Part shown: in pieces, positions 35,229 to 43,098 of the stretch
Layout of the letters: the number at the start of each line of letters is the position of its first letter
Numbering within the stretch: position 1 is the stretch's first letter
From: an uncultured Victivallaceae bacterium
Lineage (GTDB): Bacteria > Verrucomicrobiota > Lentisphaeria > Victivallales > Victivallaceae
DNA length: 64,000 nt
Reading direction: 5' to 3'
NCBI GenBank assembly: GCA_964512385.1
Contig: CAZEHZ010000001.1
Coordinates: 60,963-124,962 of the forward strand
Translations under genes and position numbers: made by a program
The notes under the pieces: model-generated
Databases searched by the model: none
What the model saw: only the letters and a program-made list of their open reading frames with translations
Told to the model about the DNA's origin: nothing

Positions 35229-37118
35229 TTATAACTGCAAACTTTGCCGCACTTTATCTGCTACGGCTTTGCCTAAAATTTCAGAACCCTTTTGCATAAA
35301 ATGGCAGTCGTTTTTTACCTGCGTTTCCGCCTGATATGGCGCAATTATACTGTATAAGTCCAAAACTTCAATATTATGTTTGGCCATAACTTCTTTGGCC
35401 GCCGCATTCAACTCCACCATCTTTTCCGCCGCACCATAAGGCGATTTTTCCGGTAACGGCGTGGTGGTGGCAAAAACCAGCTTCTTGCCCTGAGCCGACA
35501 ACTCCGCAATGATTTTTTCCAGCGCCGCCTGATAATCCGCCACTTCCACTAAACGGTCGTGTATGCCAAAGTTAAAGACAATTAAATCCCAATTACCTTT
35601 TTTACCGTCGTCATCCAGCCAGATTTGCAGATTCTCCGGTGCTGTAAACGCCGCCGCAAATGCCGAACCGCAATCAGCCGGCGCACGATGCACGTTTACC
35701 TGCGACGCCAACTCACTTCTAACTACTCCGGTATACGCCCGTGATATCGCATCGCCTATCAATAAAATCCGCGGCAAATTCGGTATATCCGCCACATATC
35801 CCCAGTTCCACGCCTGCGGATCGTCCGGCGCCGCCAGCATATACTCCCGGTAATAATAATCACCCAGACCCGCCGCCAGCTTATCCAGCCAGCGTTGCTC
35901 CGCCGCCGGACGGGTAGCCTTCCACTCATTAAACCGCTCCAGCGCCTTATTGTCCGCTAACAGGCGGTTACGCACCAGAATATCCGCTGCATTCGGCATA
36001 TAAACGTTTGCCAGTTCCAGCTCCGCCAGCTTTAACGTACCTTTGGCCGGAACATCAAAATGAAACCGATAATACTTGTATTTTTCCTGCGTTTTAGCCG
36101 CAAAATCACAGCGCAGACCACGCACCGAAAATGGTTCAAACATGATTTTACGCTCAATAAGCTGATAATCTTTACCGTCATTCGACGCATATAGTGCCCA
36201 GCCTATCGGATCACACTCCGGCGAATCCGGCGCCGCCGTAATAACATAATTTTCCAGTTTCAACGGCCGTGCCAGCTCTATATCCACAACATTCATGCCC
36301 GCTTTGGCATTAGTTACCCAGCAGCTGACGGGGTCTTTATCAAACAAACTCTCCACGACATCGGCCAATTTGGTTTGCGAAGTGTCTTTCAGCACGGCTT
36401 CACCGGGGCAACGCACTTCGGCATCGGTCCGCAACGGCAGATTCAACGCCATTTGCACATCCGTCTGCCAATCCGTAGGCAACTTGTTATCAAATACATT
36501 CAGTTTTTCAAAATAAAATGTGCCGTCGCCGCCACCCAGACGCAACTGCTCAATATCAAACTGCAACGGATCAGTAATTGTACGGCTTAATACCATATTT
36601 CCATTTATATACACCTCAAAGCCGTCTACCCCGCCCGGCGCCATCAACAACGCCAGATGCACCCACTCGTTTACCGGTATCAGCGGCAGTGAGTCGCCAA
36701 TGCGTACCCGCCCCTTTAACGTTAGTACGTCCATCAAAAAACTATAATGACTGCCGTCCTCATCCGCCCGCAAATACATGAAAATCGACTGCCCCTCATT
36801 ATTACACCACGAACCCAGCATAATTACATCTTCACCGGACGCCACCTTCAGCATCGTTTCAAACGCATATTTTTTGCCGCTGAACGGCGTGTCTATCCGC
36901 AACAAACCGCCGGGCGCAATACAGAACGCCGCATTATCGCCAACTCCGGCATGCCCGTTCGTTACCGGTTCCGACAATATCTGTATCCGCTCACCATTCG
37001 TCTTCAGCGTACCATCCTGCGTCAGCACCACCGCATTACCGTAATCCTCCGCCGTATATTCCGCCAGCAATACGCCAACTATGAACAATACAGCCAAAAT
37101 CAAAATTTTTCTAATCAT
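35229..37118 (-). CDS. Secreted/anchored multidomain protein: LamG (concanavalin-like) + F5/8 type C (discoidin) + SGNH-hydrolase-like domain
   Basis: 629 aa with an N-terminal signal/anchor (ILILAVLFIVGVLLA). LamG-like region (WVHLALLM...FEVYINGN). Discoidin-like region (WVTNAK...YVITAAPDSPECDPIGWALYASNDGKDY...YYRF). C-terminal SGNH-like blocks (ILLIGDAISRAY, VFNFGIHD, NDCHF). Confidence 0.6.
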   Translation of the reverse strand: MIRKILILAVLFIVGVLLAEYTAEDYGNAVVLTQDGTLKTNGERIQILSEPVTNGHAGVGDNAAFCIAPGGLLRIDTPFSGKKYAFETMLKVASGEDVIMLGSWCNNEGQSIFMYLRADEDGSHYSFLMDVLTLKGRVRIGDSLPLIPVNEWVHLALLMAPGGVDGFEVYINGNMVLSRTITDPLQFDIEQLRLGGGDGTFYFEKLNVFDNKLPTDWQTDVQMALNLPLRTDAEVRCPGEAVLKDTSQTKLADVVESLFDKDPVSCWVTNAKAGMNVVDIELARPLKLENYVITAAPDSPECDPIGWALYASNDGKDYQLIERKIMFEPFSVRGLRCDFAAKTQEKYKYYRFHFDVPAKGTLKLAELELANVYMPNAADILVRNRLLADNKALERFNEWKATRPAAEQRWLDKLAAGLGDYYYREYMLAAPDDPQAWNWGYVADIPNLPRILLIGDAISRAYTGVVRSELASQVNVHRAPADCGSAFAAAFTAPENLQIWLDDDGKKGNWDLIVFNFGIHDRLVEVADYQAALEKIIAELSAQGKKLVFATTTPLPEKSPYGAAEKMVELNAAAKEVMAKHNIEVLDLYSIIAPYQAETQVKNDCHFMQKGSEILGKAVADKVRQSLQL

Positions 37119-37154
37119 AATTATTTATAATTCCGTTTCCGGTGAACCTGATAA

Positions 37155-37188
37155 CAAAAAACCGTAGTATACAATATGCATACTACGG
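37155..37188 (-). terminator. Rho-independent terminator (or attenuator) between the 59-aa ORF and the LamG/SGNH gene
   Basis: Minus-strand CCGTAGTAT-gcatattgt-ATACTACGG is a perfect 9-bp stem followed by T6. It ends 36 nt upstream of the ATG at 37118. Confidence 0.65.
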
Positions 37189-37286
37189 CGACGACGTGAT
37201 GCACCCCCGCGCCGCGCCGTCTGGAACCACAGAGCAAGGGGGCATAAGCACCAAGCCCCTTACTCAACTGATAACTCAATTCTAAA

Positions 37287-37466
37287 CTATTTCACCTTGG
37301 CTTCATCCCACTTGGCTTTGTTAACAAAAGCGGTCAATGAACGGCCATCGGCGGTTTTACCTTTAAAAGCATAACGTGTGGTGCCGGCGGCATCATAAGT
37401 AACTTTTTCGGTAACTTCGGCTTCTACTTTGGCTTTGCTTTTTACATCATAAAACGTGTGTTTCAT
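37287..37466 (-). CDS. Unannotated 59-aa lysine-rich small protein (function unknown)
   Basis: Below the ORF-track length cutoff. Hand translation is MKHTFYDVKSKAKVEAEVTEKVTYDAAGTTRYAFKGKTADGRSLTAFVNKAKWDEAKVK*. A strong SD AAAGGGAGG lies about 7 nt upstream of the ATG, and a structured 3' region with a terminator lies downstream. Confidence 0.6.
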   Translation of the reverse strand: MKHTFYDVKSKAKVEAEVTEKVTYDAAGTTRYAFKGKTADGRSLTAFVNKAKWDEAKVK

Positions 37467-37611
37467 TCTTGCCTCCCTTTATCATTTTTGTTAGGTGATT
37501 TTTTTTACAATGCTAATATGAGCTTCTTTTTAAACAATTTCAAGTGCAAAAACCATTAAAACTCAAAAAAAATCATTTTTTTTTACTATTTTCCGATAGT
37601 CTTTCCCCGCT

Positions 37612-37649
37612 GCAAATTTTTTTTCACTTTTTTACCAAAAAAAATTTGC
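37612..37649. repeat. Perfect 13-bp AT-rich inverted repeat with 12-nt spacer in the divergent intergenic region
   Basis: GCAAATTTTTTTT (37612-37624), cacttttttacc, AAAAAAAATTTGC (37637-37649). Confidence 0.9.
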
Positions 37650-37945
37650 TTTTCCATCTACCAGCCACTACATTATAAATTTGATGTCTATTTACATCAC
37701 TTTAGTAAAGTGGAGTGAATGACGGAGCTTTTTTATTTGCATCCGGCCGAATGGTTCGTTTGTATGCTGTTGATTTTTAAAGACGCCCGATTTTTTTAAT
37801 CTGCCGGATTTAATCTTTAACCCGCACCCAGCCGTTCTGTTCCGTACCGTGGCGGCAAGTAATCTAATTTTCGTCATATTGACTCCGTAACAATCAACCC
37901 TGCCGGGGTTGCCATAAAAAAAATACGGTTTATGCAGAACCAATG

Positions 37946-38040
37946 GGCGGCTCAAGTTAGAGTTGGCAGTGCGGCTCAAGTTAGAGTTGGCAGTGCGGCT
38001 CAAGTTAGAGTTGGCAGTGCGGCTTGGATAGAGTCGGCAG
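37946..38040. repeat. 24-nt tandem direct repeat (3 perfect copies + 1 degenerate) in the rpsA upstream leader
   Basis: GCGGCTCAAGTTAGAGTTGGCAGT occurs three times (37946-38017), then GCGGCTTGGATAGAGTCGGCAGT (38018-38040). The repeat ends 60 nt before the rpsA ATG. Confidence 0.95.
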
Positions 38041-38100
38041 TTGGCGGTTTCAGCGTAAGCCATATTTATGACGATTTAGGCAGAAAGAAAAAAAGAACAA

Positions 38101-39831
38101 ATGGTAAAAGAACAAGTCAAAGAAGCGTCCTGCAACTATGTTGATCTGGACAACATGCCGTCAATGGAAGAACTGTTAGGCGGCAACACCCTGAAAAGCG
38201 AATTCGCTGTAAACAACATCCTCTCCGGTACCGTAGTGGAAAAGCGCAATGACGGCGCTTTAATCGACATCGGCTACAAGGCCGAAGGTTTTGTACCGGC
38301 CGCCGAATTCTCCAAATGGAACGACGTTGCCGTGGGCGACAAAGTTGACGTTTATTTGGAAGAAGTTGAAAACGAAAACAGCATGCCGGGCATCAGCGTT
38401 CAGAAAGCATCCAGCATCAGAGCTTGGAACCGCATTACTGAAGAGTGCGGCGAAGGCAGCGTGGTTAAGGGCTTAATGCGCCATCGCGTTAAGGGCGGTA
38501 TCATTGTCGATATTGACGGCGTGGAAGCCTTCCTGCCGGGGTCTCAGATCGATATCGGCTCGGTTCGCAATATGGACGACTACATTGGCAAGGAATATGA
38601 CGTTAAGATTTTGAAAATCAATACCGAACGCCGCAATATCGTGGTTTCCCGCCGCGACCTGCTGGAAGAATCCTTACGCGCCCGTCGCAGCCAGCTGCTG
38701 GCTGAAATGAGCGTTGGTCAAGTTCGCAAGGGCGTTATCAAAAATATTACCGACTTCGGCGCCTTTATCGATTTGGGCGGCGTTGACGGCTTGCTCCACA
38801 TTACCGATATGTCTTGGGGCCGCATCGCTCATCCGAGCGAAATGTTTGAAGTCGGTCAGGAAATCGAAGTGGTTATCCTGGATATCGACAACCAGAAAGA
38901 ACGTGTTTCTTTGGGTTACAAGCAGAAGAGCGCCAATCCGTGGGAACAGGTGGCGGAAAAGTATCCGGTGGGCAGCAAGGTGTCCGGCCGTGTAGTGAAT
39001 ATTATGCCGTATGGTGCTTTCGTTGAACTCGAAGACGGCGTAGAAGGCTTAATCCACGTTTCCGAAATGTCTTGGACCAAGCGCATCACCAAGGCCGGCG
39101 AAGTTGTTCGCGTGGGCGAAAATGTGGAAGCCGTGGTTTTGGATATCGACAAGGAAAGCAAGAAGATCTCCTTAGGTTTGCGCCAGAAAGAACGCAATCC
39201 GTGGGAAGTTTTGGCGGAAAAGTATCCGGTGGGCAGCAAGATTAAGGGCAAAGTACGCAATATGACCAGCTATGGCGCATTTGTGGAAATCGAAAACGAT
39301 ATCGATGGTATGATCCACGTTTCCGATATGTCCTGGACTCGCAAAATCAACAACCCAAGCGAAATTTTAAAGCCGGGTGATGAAGTTGAAGCCGTTATCC
39401 TGGATATCAATGCCGATCAGCAGCGCATCTCCTTAGGTTTAAAGCAGACCGAAGAAGATCCGTGGGCGAATATCGAAAAATTGTACAGCGTGGGCGAACT
39501 GGTTAAGGGTAAAGTTACCAAGATTGCCGCTTTCGGCGCTTTCGTTGAACTTTCTCACAAAATCGACGGCTTAATCCATATCTCGCAGATCAGCAAAGAC
39601 CATGTAGATAAGGTTAAAGACGTTTTGAAGGTGGGCGACGAAGTTGAAGCCCGCGTTATTAAGATGGATAATGACGAACGTCGTATCGGCCTGTCCTTAA
39701 AGGCGGCCAGCGAACACTACTCTGACGAAGAACTCAAGGCTGCGGAAGAAGAATACACCGCCGCTCTGAAGCCGGGCGAAGAGATGGTGGGCATGGGCGA
39801 AGCCTTTGAAGGCCTTAGCTTTGACAAGTAA
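38101..39831 (+). CDS. rpsA: 30S ribosomal protein S1 (six S1 domains)
   Basis: 576 aa. Repeated S1 motifs (G.V....DFGAFIDLGGVDGLLHI.D..W; YGAFVELEDGVEGLIHVSEMSW, and others). Confidence 0.95.
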   Translation: MVKEQVKEASCNYVDLDNMPSMEELLGGNTLKSEFAVNNILSGTVVEKRNDGALIDIGYKAEGFVPAAEFSKWNDVAVGDKVDVYLEEVENENSMPGISVQKASSIRAWNRITEECGEGSVVKGLMRHRVKGGIIVDIDGVEAFLPGSQIDIGSVRNMDDYIGKEYDVKILKINTERRNIVVSRRDLLEESLRARRSQLLAEMSVGQVRKGVIKNITDFGAFIDLGGVDGLLHITDMSWGRIAHPSEMFEVGQEIEVVILDIDNQKERVSLGYKQKSANPWEQVAEKYPVGSKVSGRVVNIMPYGAFVELEDGVEGLIHVSEMSWTKRITKAGEVVRVGENVEAVVLDIDKESKKISLGLRQKERNPWEVLAEKYPVGSKIKGKVRNMTSYGAFVEIENDIDGMIHVSDMSWTRKINNPSEILKPGDEVEAVILDINADQQRISLGLKQTEEDPWANIEKLYSVGELVKGKVTKIAAFGAFVELSHKIDGLIHISQISKDHVDKVKDVLKVGDEVEARVIKMDNDERRIGLSLKAASEHYSDEELKAAEEEYTAALKPGEEMVGMGEAFEGLSFDK

Positions 39832-39864
39832 TTACTGACGTTTCTAATGTTTCAGTAATTTGAA

Positions 39865-39896
39865 ATCTCCGTCGGGATTCCGACGGAGATTTTTTG
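39865..39896 (+). terminator. Rho-independent terminator after rpsA
   Basis: ATCTCCGTCGG-gatt-CCGACGGAGAT is an 11-bp stem followed by T5. Confidence 0.8.
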
Positions 39897-39954
39897 TTCC
39901 GCTCCTAATCGTATATTACGGTGTATTTTCCATAGACATTATAGGAATTATTTT

Positions 39955-40896
39955 ATGCGCTACGAATTGGTTGCGTTACTTGGCTGTTGTGCGGGGCTGT
40001 GTTTTTCCGGCATCGGGATCGCTTACAAGGCCGGGCAGAATGTCAATATTATGCCGATGCAGACTTTTGCTTTTGCGGCTCTGGCCGGAGCGGTGCTATA
40101 CAGCTCACTGGCGGTGGACGCCGTAAAAGAGGCGCCACTGATTTTATATCTGCTGGCGGCAACGGCCGGAATATTCCAGTATCTGGCGGTCAGACTCATG
40201 AAGGCGGTGTTAAAATTCGGCCCGCTGTCGCCGGCATGGAGTGCGGTAATGTTAAGTTTTATCCCGACGATTATTTTTTCCAGCGTGATTCTGCATGAAA
40301 AATTTACGATTTGGAATCTGGCGGCTTTAACCACGGCGGTTATTGCCGTATTGTCCGCCGCCGCTAATGCCGGAGCCCAAAACACCAAAAAACCGGAAGG
40401 CGGCAAAACGGAATTACAACTCAAAACCACGATCGTTTATGCCCTTTTGCTGATTCTCTTAATTGGGGCAGATATGGTTTTAGGGTCGTCCATGAAATTT
40501 TTGGAAACCCAAAAAGCCCTTAACGGCGCACCGTTAATGAAGCAGTGCCGTATGGTATTTTTAGGAATTATGTACACTTTTTTGGCGATTCCACTACTGC
40601 TGGATGTTACAATTACCGGAAAATGGAACTTTAAATCCAGACGCTGGCTGCCGTTGTCCGGCTTGGCGGCGGCCGGGACGTTAGGCGGCATGGCAATTAT
40701 TTCATCTTTGGTCAACTATCCGGCGGCATTGATTTTTACCTGCAATGCCAGCGCGTCGGTATTGTCGGCCGCACTGTTCGGCGTATTTCTGTTTAAAGAA
40801 AAACGCACAATCTGGTGGTTCTGCACCATCGGCTTTACAATTATAACGGTTTTTTTGACTAACGGCGAATTTTTTAAGCAGTTATTGCATTTATAG
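39955..40896 (+). CDS. DMT-superfamily (EamA-like) 10-TM transporter
   Basis: 313 aa. Two internally similar, roughly 5-TM hydrophobic halves. No specific substrate motif recognised. Confidence 0.5.
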   Translation: MRYELVALLGCCAGLCFSGIGIAYKAGQNVNIMPMQTFAFAALAGAVLYSSLAVDAVKEAPLILYLLAATAGIFQYLAVRLMKAVLKFGPLSPAWSAVMLSFIPTIIFSSVILHEKFTIWNLAALTTAVIAVLSAAANAGAQNTKKPEGGKTELQLKTTIVYALLLILLIGADMVLGSSMKFLETQKALNGAPLMKQCRMVFLGIMYTFLAIPLLLDVTITGKWNFKSRRWLPLSGLAAAGTLGGMAIISSLVNYPAALIFTCNASASVLSAALFGVFLFKEKRTIWWFCTIGFTIITVFLTNGEFFKQLLHL

Positions 40897-40968
40897 CTTG
40901 AAATCCTCTTGCCAAACCGCAAATTTGATGTATAATATACTGCTTAACATTTTTAAGGATGATGGTTT

Positions 40969-41958
40969 ATGTGGAAAAATTCAATCGGAATAATTGTGTT
41001 ATTCCTTACAATATATGCATTTGCCGCCGAAAATACGGCGACTCAAGCGGCACAGGTACTGGCGAAGGCGCAAGTGACCAACTCTATTGCCGTGCCCGGA
41101 TTGAATGGCTGGATATACTCCAAAAATGAGTTTGAACATTTGGCCGCCGGAGATTTGGCGGAGGGGGAAATCGCCGGCAAAAGCAAGTCCATAAAACCCA
41201 ACAACGCCAATCCGATTAACGCCATTGCCGACTTTAATAAACAGTTAAATGCATTAGGCATAGCTCTTTACGTTGTACCGGTTCCAGCCAAGGCCGCCAT
41301 TTATCCGGAAAATGCCAATCTGGATTTAAAACCCGGAGACGCCGCCGGATATGTTCAGGCATTTTACCGGGAACTGCAACAGCAGAATATTAACGTGGTG
41401 GATTTGACTCAGGTTTTTGTGGACAATCGCCACAACGTTGATTTATACTGCCGGACCGACGCTCACTGGAGCCCGGCGGGAATCAACTTAGCCGCTCAGG
41501 AGCTGGCCAAACTGGTTAATCCGCAGGCGGTACCCGGTAAAAACTTTCAGCTTTCGGAACAGAAAATTACCGTGGCCGGCGATTTGGCCAAGGCACTTAA
41601 GGCGGAAAGCCCCGCCACGGAGGAGTTGACGCTGTTTCAAGTTTCCGGCCATACCGCCAGTGAACAAAGCCCCGTTTTAATCATCGGCGACAGTCATACG
41701 CTGATTTTCAGCATCGGGCAGGATATGCTGGCCGAAAAAGGCGGCCTGCCGGAGCTGCTGGCGTATTATTTGGATCAACCGGTGGACGTAATCGGCATTC
41801 GCGGCTCGGCGGCAACGCAGGTCCGCATCAATCTATATCGTAAAGCAACCAAAAACCCGGACTGGCTGCTGAATAAAAAAGTAATTTTTTGGTGTTTTTC
41901 GGTGCGGGAATTTACCGAAAGCACCACCGGTTGGGTTAAAGTACCCATAAAAAAATAA
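40969..41958 (+). CDS. AlgX/AlgJ-type (DHHW-like) SGNH-fold O-acetyltransferase/esterase, secreted
   Basis: Signal peptide. CRTDAHWSPAG (D-x-H-W) and VLIIGDSHTLIF (GDS) match the AlgJ/AlgX catalytic signature. Confidence 0.55.
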   Translation: MWKNSIGIIVLFLTIYAFAAENTATQAAQVLAKAQVTNSIAVPGLNGWIYSKNEFEHLAAGDLAEGEIAGKSKSIKPNNANPINAIADFNKQLNALGIALYVVPVPAKAAIYPENANLDLKPGDAAGYVQAFYRELQQQNINVVDLTQVFVDNRHNVDLYCRTDAHWSPAGINLAAQELAKLVNPQAVPGKNFQLSEQKITVAGDLAKALKAESPATEELTLFQVSGHTASEQSPVLIIGDSHTLIFSIGQDMLAEKGGLPELLAYYLDQPVDVIGIRGSAATQVRINLYRKATKNPDWLLNKKVIFWCFSVREFTESTTGWVKVPIKK

Positions 41959-41982
41959 AGGACAAGCCTGAAGGACAAAAAA

Positions 41983-43086
41983 ATGCTAAAACAAAAAGAA
42001 TTACAAGCCCTTTGCGACAAGTTCATCATCTATGGCGACTTTTTAGTGGCGGTGCCGTTCGGCTCCGGCCATATCAATGACACGTATCAGATTACCTGCG
42101 ACCAGGGCGGCATCCGCGTACACTATACTCTGCAAAGGGTTAATAACAAGGTGTTTAAAAATCCGCATAAGGTAATGGAGAATATTGACCGCGTTACCAC
42201 ACATTTACTGAAAAAATTTCAGACCTCAGCCGGGCGTTCACCCCGACTGCGTACTTTAAGACTCTTACGCACCAACACCAATCTGCCATATGTGTTTGAT
42301 GATAACGGCAACTGCTGGCGGGCGTATGTTTTTGTGGAAAATGCCCGCAGTTATGATGTTTTGGAGAGCGAAGATATGGCGTTTGCCGCCGCTAAAGCAT
42401 TCGGCGAATTTCAATGCAATCTGGTGGATTTACCCGGCAAAAGACTGCATGAAACTATTGTGGACTTTCATAATACTCCGGCCCGGATTGAGCAACTGAA
42501 GCAGGCCATTGCCGCCGACCCCGCCGGACGAGCCAACGAGGTAACCAAAGAAATTGACTTTGTGCTAGATAGAGAAGACGAATGCAACACGCTGGTTAAA
42601 CTTAACGCCGACGGCGATATCCCGGAACGTATCACTCATAATGATACAAAAGTCAACAACCTGCTGATTGACGACTCCACCGGCGAAGGCGTTTGCGTGA
42701 TGGATTTAGACACCGTTATGCCCGGCTTGTCTTTATACGACTTTGGCGATATGGTGCGTACCGGCGCCAGCACCGCCGAAGAAGATGAGGTTAATTTGAC
42801 CAAGGTTGAAGTAAGTGCCACCATGTTCGAGGCGTTATTACGGGGGTTTCACTCCAGCACCGCCAGCTTCCTTACTCCGGCGGAACTCGAATATCTGCCC
42901 TTCTCCGGCAAGTTGATTACGCTGGAAATCGGGATGCGCTTCCTGACCGACTATATCAATAACGATATCTATTTTAAAACTAAACGCCCGCAACACAATT
43001 TAGAACGGGCCCGCAACCAGTTTAAACTGGTCGAATCCATTGAACGCCAGCTTGATGACATGAAGTTAATGCTGAAAAATTTATAA
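41983..43086 (+). CDS. APH/NahK-like phosphotransferase (putative anomeric sugar 1-kinase)
   Basis: GSGHINDTYQI (nucleotide-binding loop), HNDTKVNNLL (catalytic HxDxxxxN) and VMDLDTV (metal-binding D), as in N-acetylhexosamine 1-kinase-like enzymes. Confidence 0.6.
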   Translation: MLKQKELQALCDKFIIYGDFLVAVPFGSGHINDTYQITCDQGGIRVHYTLQRVNNKVFKNPHKVMENIDRVTTHLLKKFQTSAGRSPRLRTLRLLRTNTNLPYVFDDNGNCWRAYVFVENARSYDVLESEDMAFAAAKAFGEFQCNLVDLPGKRLHETIVDFHNTPARIEQLKQAIAADPAGRANEVTKEIDFVLDREDECNTLVKLNADGDIPERITHNDTKVNNLLIDDSTGEGVCVMDLDTVMPGLSLYDFGDMVRTGASTAEEDEVNLTKVEVSATMFEALLRGFHSSTASFLTPAELEYLPFSGKLITLEIGMRFLTDYINNDIYFKTKRPQHNLERARNQFKLVESIERQLDDMKLMLKNL

Positions 43087-43098
43087 CCGGGACTGAAA

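Noticed and set aside
37740-37820. 26-aa plus-strand mini-ORF (MTELFYLHPAEWFVCMLLIFKDARFF) with nearby GGAG as a leader peptide or type I toxin
   Set aside because: The SD spacing is only 3 nt, and there is no supporting terminator or antisense structure. Short ORFs of this size are expected by chance in 630 nt.
37946-38040. Possible CRISPR array
   Set aside because: The 24-nt units are contiguous with no spacers, there are only 3-4 copies, and no cas genes are in the window. It is a simple tandem repeat.
37692-38063. 123-aa minus-strand ORF (RTANSNLS x3), and a nested 61-aa basic ORF from ATG 37877 with a GGAG 5 nt upstream
   Set aside because: The open frame is maintained by the 24-nt tandem repeat, since 24 is a multiple of 3. 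The composition is random-looking and highly basic, and there is no terminator. Kept only as a caveat within the rpsA-leader finding.
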